64,000 nt of DNA, taken from sequence record OR805295.1; one strand, given 5' to 3'. The notes under the pieces were generated by a model. The model saw only the letters and a list, made by a program, of their open reading frames with translations. It had not been told where the DNA came from and did not search any database. Of this stretch, positions 47,333 through 56,555 are shown piece after piece (the stretch's first letter is position 1; each line of letters opens with the position of its first letter). The translations under genes and the position numbers were made by a program.

Positions 47333-48068
47333 TGCAATTCCATATATTATTAGAAAAGATAGTGTAACGGTGGTATTAACTGATACTCCGTATATCATAA
47401 GGGAATCTGATAAAAAATATAAAAAAGCAATTAAATTTATAAAAGCCGAACAGTGGGATGAATTAAAGAAACTAATTGATGTTAAAAATCATATTTCTGA
47501 ATTCCTGAATGGTAAAATTAAAGTAGTCCGGGGTCGGTTTGAGTATAATGGTCAGGTAATTCATAATTCCTTAACTAAACGGATTATGCAAATGCATTCT
47601 GACGGTTTTCCAGTAGACCCGATGATTAATTTCCTTGTAAATTTAATGGAAAATCCTAGTTTTACTGCGGTTAATGGTTTGTATGATTTCTTAGAAACAA
47701 ATAATCTTCCTATTACTACTGACGGATTCTTTTTAGCATACAAACGAATTCGTGAAGATTATACTGATGTAAGAACTGGCACAATAGATAACAGCGTAGG
47801 TAAAGTTGTTTCTATGCCAAGAAATGAAGTACAAGATAACAGCAATATTACTTGCGCTCCTGGATTGCATGTATGTTCGCGCGAATATCTACAACATTTT
47901 AGTGGTGAAAAGGTAATATTAGTAAAAGTAAATCCTAAAGATGTAGTGTCTGTTCCTAAGGATTATAATTTTTCTAAAATGCGTACTTGTAAATACGAAG
48001 TAATATCCGAGCTGTCGTTAGAAGATGCGTTTGAAGATATTGCATCTAACAAGCCAGTTCACAGTTAA
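47325..48068 (+). CDS. rIIB: rIIB protein
   Basis: NFLVNLMENPS, LYDFL....LPITTDG.FLAYK, DNS.G..V.MPR..V, C..GLHVCS..Y, VKVNPKDVVSVP.DY..KMR.C.YEV. Confidence 0.92.
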   Translation: MTNAIPYIIRKDSVTVVLTDTPYIIRESDKKYKKAIKFIKAEQWDELKKLIDVKNHISEFLNGKIKVVRGRFEYNGQVIHNSLTKRIMQMHSDGFPVDPMINFLVNLMENPSFTAVNGLYDFLETNNLPITTDGFFLAYKRIREDYTDVRTGTIDNSVGKVVSMPRNEVQDNSNITCAPGLHVCSREYLQHFSGEKVILVKVNPKDVVSVPKDYNFSKMRTCKYEVISELSLEDAFEDIASNKPVHS

Positions 48069-48081
48069 TAAAACTGTACAT

Positions 48082-48108
48082 AAAAAGGGATGCATTGCAT
48101 CCCTTTTT
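48082..48108 (+). terminator. Intrinsic terminator
   Basis: AAAAAGGGATGC-ATT-GCATCCCTTTTT. Confidence 0.85.
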
Positions 48109-48151
48109 ATTTTATTATAAAATATGTTACTATCCTTTAATGGTATAAAAT

Positions 48152-50173
48152 ATGAAAAATTATTTGTTAACTGTACCTGTCAATTCTAATGTAGATTATA
48201 CTAAACTAGATATACACGATTTTGTTCCTGCAATAAAAGAATTAACAACTAGATTATTTTATAACACAGGTGTAACACTTCAAAAAGAAACTATTTTGTT
48301 TAATGATTTGGTAGTATCCGAAGATGCTAGTCGATTAGCATTTATTAATAGCATTTTGCATAATCTATTGAATACTTGCTCTACTACTGAGTTAGAAAAT
48401 ATTGCAGATGAGTGTGATACTATTTGCACAGAATACTATAATAATTCTAGAATCGCATATTCTGAAAGAGAATACAATGCATATAAAAATATAAAAAATA
48501 ATGAATCGTATTTTTCAAGTCTAAAATATTATGAACAAAAATATGTAATTGATGCTATAGAATATTACGAAGAAGAATCTGATATTAATTTCTCGCATGA
48601 TACAAAAATATACCTATCATCTTTATATTCGAAACTTAATAAAGCACAGCAGAATTTTTCTAATAATATAATAAAACATACTGCAAAAAACAGGTATTAT
48701 TTTGAACACGATTTCCAAGTTGAAGGTATACCAGATAACATAAAAGATATAATGCGGGAGAATGCAAGGGCAGACGGCCATGAATCCGGATATGTAGCTA
48801 CAACTGAACACTACATCTACACAGCTATAATGCAATATTGTTCGTACGAGTATACTAGAAAAACAATGTTAGAAGCTTTTTATGTAGCTAGTAACGGCGA
48901 ATATAGCAATACAACTAATATAACAGATATTGTATCTATTAAATCTGAAATAGCAAAATTGTTTGGGTTTAGTACGTTTGCAGAAAAATCATTAAAGCAT
49001 AAAATGGCAAAAACACCCAATAATGTATTTTCTGTATTAAATAAATTGAAAGACTTAGTAGTAGATAAAGCATTAGAAGAAGAAAAAGAACTTTTAACTT
49101 TCGCTAAATCTAAAGGATACCAACGACCTTCTGTCCGCGCCGCTGACAGAAATTATTATTCTACTATGAGATTAAAAGAAGAATATAATTTAGACAAAAA
49201 AGTTATAGAAGAGTATTATACATATGCCGGTGTTCTTCCTTGTATATATGGTGTTATAAAAAAACTTTTTGATGTTACATTTGTAGAAGACCCCGATGCA
49301 TCTGTGTGGCATGAAGATGTTAAATGCTATAAGGTATTCGAAGATAGCAAGCATATTGCATATATTTTTATAGATCCGTTTTCTAGGAACGGAAAACAAT
49401 CCGGTGCATGGATGAATGGTATTATTAAAAGGGATTTTGCTTATAATACTACTCTACCGGTTGCAGTAATAGTGACTAATCTGTCAAAAACATCTATTAC
49501 GTTAGATGATGTACGTACACTCTTGCATGAATTTGGTCATGCATTACACCATGTACTTACTAAAATAGAATTTCCTAATTATAATGGAATTTCTGTAGAA
49601 TGGGATGCAGTAGAATTGCCGAGCCAATTATTGGAAAATTGGATTAATGATAAAGAGCTTTTAATTGAAATGTCGTCTCATTATTCTACAAAAGAAAAAA
49701 TTCCAGAATATATAATTGATAACTGGTTGGCTATAGATAATTATATGGCTGCGTCTTCGTTAAGAACACAGTTATTATATTCATTAGTAGATATGAAAAT
49801 TTTTAATAGCAATGCAAAGACAGATAAAGATTGTATAGAAATTTTTAATGAAGTAGCAAAAGATTTAAAATTAAACACAGAAGATAATCCGTTTATGCAT
49901 TTGTTTTTATATTCGTTTTCTCATATATTTTCCGGAGGATATACAGCAGGTTATTATAGCTATTTGTGGGCAGAAATTATGTCAAGTGATGTTTATTTAG
50001 AATTTAAAAATAAAGGAATGTATAATATAGAATTTGCTAATAAAATTAAAAAAGATATTCTATATGCAGGTTCTATTAATGACTTTGATGTAATGTATAG
50101 AACATTAATGGGTAGAGATCCTGACCCAGAATCTCTGCTAATAGTTAGGGGATTGCAGAATAGCAAAAAATAA
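48152..50173 (+). CDS. M3-family metallopeptidase, oligopeptidase A (OpdA/PrlC)-like
   Basis: LLHEFGHALHH zinc motif, VEWDAVELPSQLLENW, FSHIFSGGYTAGYYSYLWAE, GKQSGAWM. Confidence 0.93.
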   Translation: MKNYLLTVPVNSNVDYTKLDIHDFVPAIKELTTRLFYNTGVTLQKETILFNDLVVSEDASRLAFINSILHNLLNTCSTTELENIADECDTICTEYYNNSRIAYSEREYNAYKNIKNNESYFSSLKYYEQKYVIDAIEYYEEESDINFSHDTKIYLSSLYSKLNKAQQNFSNNIIKHTAKNRYYFEHDFQVEGIPDNIKDIMRENARADGHESGYVATTEHYIYTAIMQYCSYEYTRKTMLEAFYVASNGEYSNTTNITDIVSIKSEIAKLFGFSTFAEKSLKHKMAKTPNNVFSVLNKLKDLVVDKALEEEKELLTFAKSKGYQRPSVRAADRNYYSTMRLKEEYNLDKKVIEEYYTYAGVLPCIYGVIKKLFDVTFVEDPDASVWHEDVKCYKVFEDSKHIAYIFIDPFSRNGKQSGAWMNGIIKRDFAYNTTLPVAVIVTNLSKTSITLDDVRTLLHEFGHALHHVLTKIEFPNYNGISVEWDAVELPSQLLENWINDKELLIEMSSHYSTKEKIPEYIIDNWLAIDNYMAASSLRTQLLYSLVDMKIFNSNAKTDKDCIEIFNEVAKDLKLNTEDNPFMHLFLYSFSHIFSGGYTAGYYSYLWAEIMSSDVYLEFKNKGMYNIEFANKIKKDILYAGSINDFDVMYRTLMGRDPDPESLLIVRGLQNSKK

Positions 50174-50264
50174 TAAATTTTGCTACATATATAAAAAGCT
50201 ATGTAACGCTATGCTATTTGGCTTTTGTTGCATTTTATAGCACAAAAACACCATAAAAATAGCC

Positions 50265-50293
50265 TAGACAAGCAACTGTAAACACTGTATAAT
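50265..50293 (+). promoter_or_regulatory. Sigma70-type promoter
   Basis: TAGACA-17 nt-TATAAT upstream of ORF 50321. Confidence 0.75.
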
Positions 50294-50320
50294 TGCTTTA
50301 TTATAGTAAGGGATAAAATA

Positions 50321-50617
50321 ATGAACATTCATTTATCTTTTAAGGAACAACTTTCTAAGCTAATTGATGAAAACATAAATAAATACCCCGATGCTATAGA
50401 TTGGATAGTATCTCAAATGGCTTTAATAGATATTGAATCTAAAAAGACAAAAGCAGAATCTATTATGGAAGCTCTTATAGGTGATACTGAATTTTTTAAT
50501 AACCCTATAGAACAGGGTGGAAGTAATAAAGATTTTATAGTGTGGTATGTAACTAAATATAATTGTACTACTAAATACGCTATAGAACGGTTACTTCATT
50601 ATTGTAAACAGAATTAG
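50321..50617 (+). CDS. Hypothetical protein
   Basis: AAGGGA RBS, under a sigma70 promoter. Confidence 0.7.
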   Translation: MNIHLSFKEQLSKLIDENINKYPDAIDWIVSQMALIDIESKKTKAESIMEALIGDTEFFNNPIEQGGSNKDFIVWYVTKYNCTTKYAIERLLHYCKQN

Positions 50618-50704
50618 CCCTTAGGACCGCCAAATGTTTTGGCTTAAGGCGCACCGGTGCTGTATCGGAGCTTAGTGATTCGCTACCACAAAAGCATAAG
50701 CAGC

Positions 50705-50732
50705 TAGGAGACTTAAAACGTCTCCTATTTTT
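50705..50732 (+). terminator. Intrinsic terminator
   Basis: TAGGAGAC-7-GTCTCCTA-TTTTT. Confidence 0.75.
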
Positions 50733-50755
50733 ATATATATACAGGAGTAAAGTAT

Positions 50756-50947
50756 ATGAATAGCGATTATGCCTCTATGTTTATAGTAATATTTGCTATA
50801 TTAGTTGTGTTTATTTGTAGACCGACAACATTTAATGAGCCTAAAAACACTATCGATACAAACAAAAGCAATGTAGCGAACGACAGTATTCCACTTACAG
50901 GAAACATTTCTAGAACACCGGGTATAGGTACAGGTATAGGATTATGA
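50756..50947 (+). CDS. Small single-pass membrane protein
   Basis: AGGAG RBS; hydrophobic MFIVIFAILVVFIC; ATGA overlap with next ORF. Confidence 0.7.
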   Translation: MNSDYASMFIVIFAILVVFICRPTTFNEPKNTIDTNKSNVANDSIPLTGNISRTPGIGTGIGL

Positions 50948-51096
50948 AAAAGAAAAACCCAATCGAACGCAATCCAGTTGCACATCATGTAAACACATTT
51001 AACAAACCTAAAGTAGAAAAAGACAAGACAAAATACTCTAGGAAACAAAAACACAGGACTAGGAATAGTCCTGATTTTTTATGTATAATATATTGA
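50944..51096 (+). CDS. ArfA-like alternative ribosome-rescue factor (50 aa), below ORF-track cutoff
   Basis: MKKKNPIERNPVAHHVNTFNKPKVEKDKTKYSRKQKHRTRNSPDFLCIIY*; N-P-V..F..K-V-E-K-D-K..Y-x-R-K-x-K-H aligns by eye with the ArfA core; coupled start. Confidence 0.65.
   Translation: MKKKNPIERNPVAHHVNTFNKPKVEKDKTKYSRKQKHRTRNSPDFLCIIY
51054..51080 (+). terminator. Intrinsic terminator inside the ArfA-like ORF, upstream of its stop codon
   Basis: CAGGACTA-GGAA-TAGTCCTG-A-TTTTTT; stop codon TGA is at 51094-96. Confidence 0.85.
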
Positions 51097-51122
51097 CAGA
51101 TATTGTATTTGGAATATACAAT
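51093..51122 (+). promoter_or_regulatory. Sigma70-type promoter
   Basis: TTGACA-18 nt-TACAAT; the -35 box contains the TGA stop of the ArfA-like ORF. Confidence 0.65.
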
Positions 51123-51144
51123 ATGCATAACAAGGAGTGTTATT

Positions 51145-52263
51145 GTGGCAAAAACGAAACATATTTTTAAAGTTCCAGATTATTCTCTTTTAAAATTAGA
51201 TTCTAAGACATATACTAAGGATTATAGGAATGCAATTTGGTATTTGCATTACGAAGCATCTGCTGCTACTCTTAAATCTGCAACACTAAAATGGATTAAA
51301 AATAATACATCTTATGATGTAAAAGATTTATCTTCGTTGAGTGATTCTGATTTTTCTATTATCGGAAAATATTGTACTATACTAAATGCCGGCGGACAAC
51401 TTCCTAGTCATGCTAATTTCGTCGAATCACACATAGACAAGATATTTCAATCTATCAAAAAAGAAGAAATTACAGAAATTGTCGAAGAACCAGAACCTAA
51501 AATAGAGCATGATAGTTGCAAAGTTAAAAAAATAAGTATACAGGATAGAATTAAGAGCCAGGCATATAAAGCTTGCGGAGAAATTGAAGGATTAATAGAT
51601 CAATTTTATAGTAATCCTAGTGAGTTTGTAGTATCCCAGCAAGAAATAGAATCCTTATTTAAAAAATCAGAAATAAAATCCCATCATGTAAAATATATTA
51701 CCGAAATATATAGCACTAATAAAAAAGAATTAGAGGAGCTTTCGGCAGGAAAATCCGAACAGTTAAACGAAGGTTATAATTTTTTAACTAAACGGGATAT
51801 AAACAAAGCCATAAAGCTATTTAATTTAATTATAGAAACTGCGTCTAGTAGTAAAATAATTACTGTTAAAAAACGAGCTAAAAAACAAAAGCCATTGGAT
51901 ATTTCTAAATTAGTTAAATCATTTAAATATTTAGAAAAAAGCACAGATCTTAACTTAGAAAGTATTAATCCTGTCCATATTGTTGGTGCAAAAGAAGTAT
52001 GGGTGTTTAATACAAAAAGTAGAAAGTTAGGAAAATATATTGCTTTAGACACTACAGGTCTATCAATAAAAGGAACTACTATAACTAATTTTTCTGAAAA
52101 AAGTATAGAAAAAACTATTCGTAAACCAGAAGAATATTTTAAAAATATTAAGAAAATTTCTAAAAAGGCAAAAGAAAAATTATTTGTAGATACTAAATCT
52201 GTCGAAACTAAACTAAAAGGAAGAACAAACGAGCATTGTATCATTCTTGAGGTTATAAAATAA
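51145..52263 (+). CDS. Conserved hypothetical protein of T4-like phages
   Basis: C-terminal INPVHIVGAKEVWVFNTKSRKLGKY...LSIKGTTI..F..S..KTIRKP; GTG start after AAGGAG. Confidence 0.75.
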   Translation: MAKTKHIFKVPDYSLLKLDSKTYTKDYRNAIWYLHYEASAATLKSATLKWIKNNTSYDVKDLSSLSDSDFSIIGKYCTILNAGGQLPSHANFVESHIDKIFQSIKKEEITEIVEEPEPKIEHDSCKVKKISIQDRIKSQAYKACGEIEGLIDQFYSNPSEFVVSQQEIESLFKKSEIKSHHVKYITEIYSTNKKELEELSAGKSEQLNEGYNFLTKRDINKAIKLFNLIIETASSSKIITVKKRAKKQKPLDISKLVKSFKYLEKSTDLNLESINPVHIVGAKEVWVFNTKSRKLGKYIALDTTGLSIKGTTITNFSEKSIEKTIRKPEEYFKNIKKISKKAKEKLFVDTKSVETKLKGRTNEHCIILEVIK

Positions 52264-52298
52264 ATAGTGTTATCTATATATAGAGGCACTTTATAAAA

Positions 52299-53051
52299 AT
52301 GGCTACAAGTACAGCAAGAACAGAAATAAAGAAACAAATAATGCGAAGACTGGGAAATAGTATGACTGATGTAGAACTAGATCCAGAAGATTTAGATTTA
52401 GCAATAGATTTTGCAATAGATAGATACCGCCAGCGCGCCGAAAATGCTTGCATGGAAAGTATGCTGTTTATAACTCTGCAAAGAGATGAAACTGAATACA
52501 CTTTACCTACTGAAGTTCAAGAAGTAAGACGACTATATCGTAGATCTGTTGGATCGGGAACATCTGGCGGTACTAACTTTGATCCGTTTGAATCTGCATT
52601 TTCGAATATATTCTTTTTACAAGCAGGTCGAACCGGCGGTCTAGCAACATGGCATCTATTTTCCGAATACCAAGAAACCTTAGGAAGAATATTTGGATCT
52701 GAAATAAACTTTACATGGAACTATGCAGATAGAAAACTTACTATCATGCGAAAATTCCAAGGTGCCGAAACAGTATTGGTAGTTGTGTGGGTAGCAAAAT
52801 CTGAAGATGTGCTTTTGACTGATGTATATAGTAGACCGTGGTTAAGAGATTATGCTATTGCCCAGTCTAAATATATGTTAGGTGAAGCACGTAGTAAATT
52901 TACTAATGGCTTACCAGGACCGAACGGTAGTGTTACTTTAAACGGCGATCAGTTAAAACAAGAAGCATTTGCTGAAATGGAACGTTTAGAAAACGAAATT
53001 ATAAATTATACAACCGGGACATCGTTTGGTATGCCATTCATTATTGGATAA
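52299..53051 (+). CDS. gp13: Neck protein gp13
   Basis: RRLG.....VEL, WLRDYAIAQSKYMLGEARSKF...LPGP.G.VTLNG..L..EA..E...LE. Confidence 0.9.
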   Translation: MATSTARTEIKKQIMRRLGNSMTDVELDPEDLDLAIDFAIDRYRQRAENACMESMLFITLQRDETEYTLPTEVQEVRRLYRRSVGSGTSGGTNFDPFESAFSNIFFLQAGRTGGLATWHLFSEYQETLGRIFGSEINFTWNYADRKLTIMRKFQGAETVLVVVWVAKSEDVLLTDVYSRPWLRDYAIAQSKYMLGEARSKFTNGLPGPNGSVTLNGDQLKQEAFAEMERLENEIINYTTGTSFGMPFIIG

Positions 53052-53055
53052 ATGG

Positions 53056-53697
53056 ATGATTATAGGGACGTTAGGATTTATTGGGTCAGGAAAAAATACT
53101 GTAGCAAAATATTTAGTTGAAAATCATAATTTTATACAGGATAGTTTTGCGGCAGCGTTAAAGGATTTACTGTCATCTACTTTTAGTTGGGATAGAACGT
53201 TATTAGAAGGTACTACACCGGAATCTAGGCGTTGGAGAGAAACTACAGATACATGGTGGGCGACAAAGTTAGGTATACCTAATTTTACTCCTAGGTATGC
53301 AATGCAATATATAGGAACTGATGTATTACGGATGCATTTTAATGATAATTTATGGATATTAACATTAGAAAAGCGATTAGAATCATTTATACAAAATAAT
53401 AAGAATGTAGTAGTATCAGATGTAAGATTTAAAAATGAATATAATATGCTAAAGCAATATGGTACAAAGTTCATATATGTAGAAAACATTATCCCGGAAT
53501 GGTATAATATTGCATTAGACTTAAATACATCAGATTATACTGATAAAGAAAAACAAAATATTATCGAGAATTCGTCATTAAACGGTGTCCATATATCTGA
53601 ATGGGACTGGGTAGGATTGGGTTACGATGAAAAAATTATTAATAATAGTACACTGGAAGAACTGTTTCTAACTGTAGATAGTATTATTAATAAATAA
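53056..53697 (+). CDS. gp1: Deoxynucleoside monophosphate kinase
   Basis: IIGTLGFIGSGKNT P-loop, SFAAALKD, TPRYAMQYIGTDV, VVSDVRF.NE, HISE. Confidence 0.93.
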   Translation: MIIGTLGFIGSGKNTVAKYLVENHNFIQDSFAAALKDLLSSTFSWDRTLLEGTTPESRRWRETTDTWWATKLGIPNFTPRYAMQYIGTDVLRMHFNDNLWILTLEKRLESFIQNNKNVVVSDVRFKNEYNMLKQYGTKFIYVENIIPEWYNIALDLNTSDYTDKEKQNIIENSSLNGVHISEWDWVGLGYDEKIINNSTLEELFLTVDSIINK

Positions 53698-53700
53698 TAT

Positions 53701-53724
53701 AAATAGGGGCAATGCCCCTATTTT
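53701..53724 (+). terminator. Intrinsic terminator
   Basis: AAATAGGGGC-AAT-GCCCCTATTTT. Confidence 0.8.
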
Positions 53725-53760
53725 ATTGAGTGTTATATCTGCAATGATTATTAAGTATGC

Positions 53761-53768
53761 GATAAATA
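53761..53768 (+). promoter_or_regulatory. Putative late promoter GATAAATA for tail sheath
   Basis: Exact motif 46 nt upstream of the sheath start. Confidence 0.72.
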
Positions 53769-53814
53769 CTGATATCGTAATACTGTATAATTCATAAAGG
53801 GAGATTATAACACA

Positions 53815-56454
53815 ATGGCAACTCTCATTTCTCCGGGTGTAAGTGTAACTATAACAGACGAATCTTTTTATGCATCGTCTGGTCCGGGAACTGTACCGCT
53901 TATAATCATAGCAACTGCTCAAGATAAAACTGATAGTGCCGGTACTGGAATTGCACCGGGAACCACTAGACAAAATGCAGGTAGACTATGGCTAATTAGT
54001 TCTCAAAGAGAACTACTACAAACGTTTGGTGTCCCGACTTTTAAAACAGTCGGCGGAACTGCATTACACGGATATGAACTAAATGAATATGGATTGTTAG
54101 CAGCACATTCGTATTTAGGAATATCTAATAGAGCATATGTTGTGCGGGCAGATGTAGACACATCTCAGTTAGAACCGTCTGATACTGAGCCCACTGCTAA
54201 TCCTGCAGACAACACCTATTGGTTAAACCCTACAAAAGTTGTGTCGGGGTTGTATGAATCTAACGGCACTGACTGGGTAAAAGCAAATGTATTCTATGCA
54301 ACTGAATTTGACGCAGCTGGTCGCCCAGCAAATGTTCCGTCTAGTTACAAATATGCAATGTCAGTAGGACAAGCTGCTCCTAACGTAGAAAATGCAATAT
54401 ATAGACGCAACATATCCGGCGCATGGGTTTTAATTACTGCCAACGATAATACAGTTGTATATAATAAGGTATATCCTGTAGTAGGTGCTGTAGGGAATCT
54501 ATGGGTAAACCTAAGGGAAACTTCATATGCATTGTCTAGATTCGATGCAAATGTAGGAAGTTTTGTATCCGTATCTACTCCTTTGTACAAAACAAGCGAT
54601 GATGCTACCGACGGTTTCGGAACTACACTACGCCAGGGCTCGGTGTTTGTGCAATATAATGCAAAAGGAACATTATCTAGTGCAGTTAATCCTGCAGTAA
54701 CTGAACTACAACATAAGGTAAAAATACACAACGGTAACACTTTCACTGCTGTTTCTGTAACATTAGCAGCAACTGGTCCTTATAGCGATACATTAGTATT
54801 AGGACGCTATAACGGAACATCAGTGACAGTTAACGCATCTGGTTCTAGCGTAGAGGCATTTGCTCAATCGTTAGGACAAGCTTTAGTTTCTAACGGTGTT
54901 ACTGATATTTCAGTTAATTACAATACTGCCTCTAGAATGGTAGCGTTAGTTAACGATAGTGGAAAAGATATAATAGTTACATCATCTACTATGTTTAGTG
55001 CCGGCATATATTCTAATTGGGTTCCACTAGAATATAGTTCTGCTGTAAAACAACCATCCGGTCAATTAGATAACGGTACATTGTGGTACAGCACAGATTA
55101 TAAGGTTGACATTCTAGTTAACGATGGCGTAGGAGCATGGACTGATTTAGCTGGCAGTTTATTTGTACAAAGTGCTGAACCTACTACTAACGTAGCTGAC
55201 GGCGATGTATGGGTAAGCACTTCGTCTGCAGGCAATTATCCGGTTATATATCGTAGGGTAAATAACCAGTGGAGATTAGTAGATAATACTGATCAAACAA
55301 CACCTAACGGTGTAATATTTGCTGATGCAAGACCTGTAAATTCCGGAGCATTAGATGCAGACGCACCGGACGCACTTGCATATCCGCAGGGAATCTTGCT
55401 ATTTAATACTCGCTATTCCACACGTAACGTTAAACAATGGCAAAATAATTATACCTTTGAAGGTAACGTTATAGGAGATAGATGGGTATCTGTTAGTGGT
55501 TTAAGATCGGATGGTTCTTTATACACCGGGGGTGAAGCAGTTAAACAAGTAGTCGTTCGTTCTATTGCTAGCACAATACAGGCTAATGAAGATATTCGTT
55601 CTGAAAACGTGTTTTATAACCTAATTGCTGCGCCTGGTTATCCTGAACTAATAGACGAGTTAGTAGCATTAAACGTTGATAGAAAACAAACTGCATTTGT
55701 TATAGGCGATTCGCCATTTACTTTGAGTGCAACTGGTACTAATTTACAAGAATGGTCTTCTAATTCTAAATTAGCAACAGAAAACGGTTCAGATGGATTA
55801 GTTACTGCTGATCCGTATTTAGGTGTATATTATCCGTCCGGTCTAAGTACAGATCTAAATGGTAACAATGTAGTTGTTCCTCCTAGCCATATGTTACTTC
55901 GTACTATTGCGTATAATGACCAGGTTGCATATCCGTGGTTCGCTCCGGCAGGATATCAACGTGGTATAGTGTCTAACGCAACTTCGGTAGGTTATATAAA
56001 CAGCGAAGGTGAATTCGTTGCAGTTTCGTTAAATGAAGGGCAGCGGGATACTCTGTATACTAATAATGTTAACCCGATATCGCAAGTGCCTAATAGAGGT
56101 ATAGTAGTATGGGGTCAAAAATCTAGAAATCCAGTTACTTCGTCATTGGATAGAGTTAACGTAGCAAGATTGGTAAACTATGTTAGATATCAATTAGATT
56201 TGTTACTAAAACCGTTTGTATTCGAGCCAAATGATTCACGTACTCGTCAAGCAGTGCAGGTAGCAGTAGAAGCTTTCTTAAGCGAAATAGTAACATTACG
56301 CGGTATCACTGATTTCGTTGTAGACTGTTCTGATTCTAATAATACTCCGGATCGTATAGACAGAAACGAATTGTGGGTTGACGTTGCAATAGTGCCCACC
56401 CGTGCAGTTGAATTTATTTATGTTCCGATTCGTTTGCAAAATACTGGATCTTAA
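53815..56454 (+). CDS. gp18: Tail sheath protein gp18
   Basis: MATLISPGVSVTITDES, PWFAPAGYQRG, RDTLYTNNVNP, WGQK, LDRVNVARL, FVFEPND, IDRNEL.VDVAIVP.RAVEFIY. Confidence 0.96.
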   Translation: MATLISPGVSVTITDESFYASSGPGTVPLIIIATAQDKTDSAGTGIAPGTTRQNAGRLWLISSQRELLQTFGVPTFKTVGGTALHGYELNEYGLLAAHSYLGISNRAYVVRADVDTSQLEPSDTEPTANPADNTYWLNPTKVVSGLYESNGTDWVKANVFYATEFDAAGRPANVPSSYKYAMSVGQAAPNVENAIYRRNISGAWVLITANDNTVVYNKVYPVVGAVGNLWVNLRETSYALSRFDANVGSFVSVSTPLYKTSDDATDGFGTTLRQGSVFVQYNAKGTLSSAVNPAVTELQHKVKIHNGNTFTAVSVTLAATGPYSDTLVLGRYNGTSVTVNASGSSVEAFAQSLGQALVSNGVTDISVNYNTASRMVALVNDSGKDIIVTSSTMFSAGIYSNWVPLEYSSAVKQPSGQLDNGTLWYSTDYKVDILVNDGVGAWTDLAGSLFVQSAEPTTNVADGDVWVSTSSAGNYPVIYRRVNNQWRLVDNTDQTTPNGVIFADARPVNSGALDADAPDALAYPQGILLFNTRYSTRNVKQWQNNYTFEGNVIGDRWVSVSGLRSDGSLYTGGEAVKQVVVRSIASTIQANEDIRSENVFYNLIAAPGYPELIDELVALNVDRKQTAFVIGDSPFTLSATGTNLQEWSSNSKLATENGSDGLVTADPYLGVYYPSGLSTDLNGNNVVVPPSHMLLRTIAYNDQVAYPWFAPAGYQRGIVSNATSVGYINSEGEFVAVSLNEGQRDTLYTNNVNPISQVPNRGIVVWGQKSRNPVTSSLDRVNVARLVNYVRYQLDLLLKPFVFEPNDSRTRQAVQVAVEAFLSEIVTLRGITDFVVDCSDSNNTPDRIDRNELWVDVAIVPTRAVEFIYVPIRLQNTGS

Positions 56455-56471
56455 CATAAATTAGTAATGCA

Positions 56472-56502
56472 AAATAAAAAGGCACTTAGTGCCTTTTTAT
56501 TT
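56472..56502 (+). terminator. Intrinsic terminator after sheath
   Basis: AAATAAAAAGGCAC-TTA-GTGCCTTTTTATTT. Confidence 0.85.
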
Positions 56503-56529
56503 GACTATAAATTATATCTATAGTATACT
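56501..56529 (+). promoter_or_regulatory. Sigma70-type promoter for Hef-like gene 2
   Basis: TTGACT-17 nt-TATACT abutting the terminator. Confidence 0.75.
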
Positions 56530-56555
56530 ATTGTTTAAAACTAAGGATTGCTTTT

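Noticed and set aside
50665-50712. SAM-II/SAM-V riboswitch resemblance (GCTTAGTGATT...TAAGCAGCTA)
   Set aside because: The required pseudoknot pairing and A-rich 3' strand could not be formed; reported only as an unassigned structured element.
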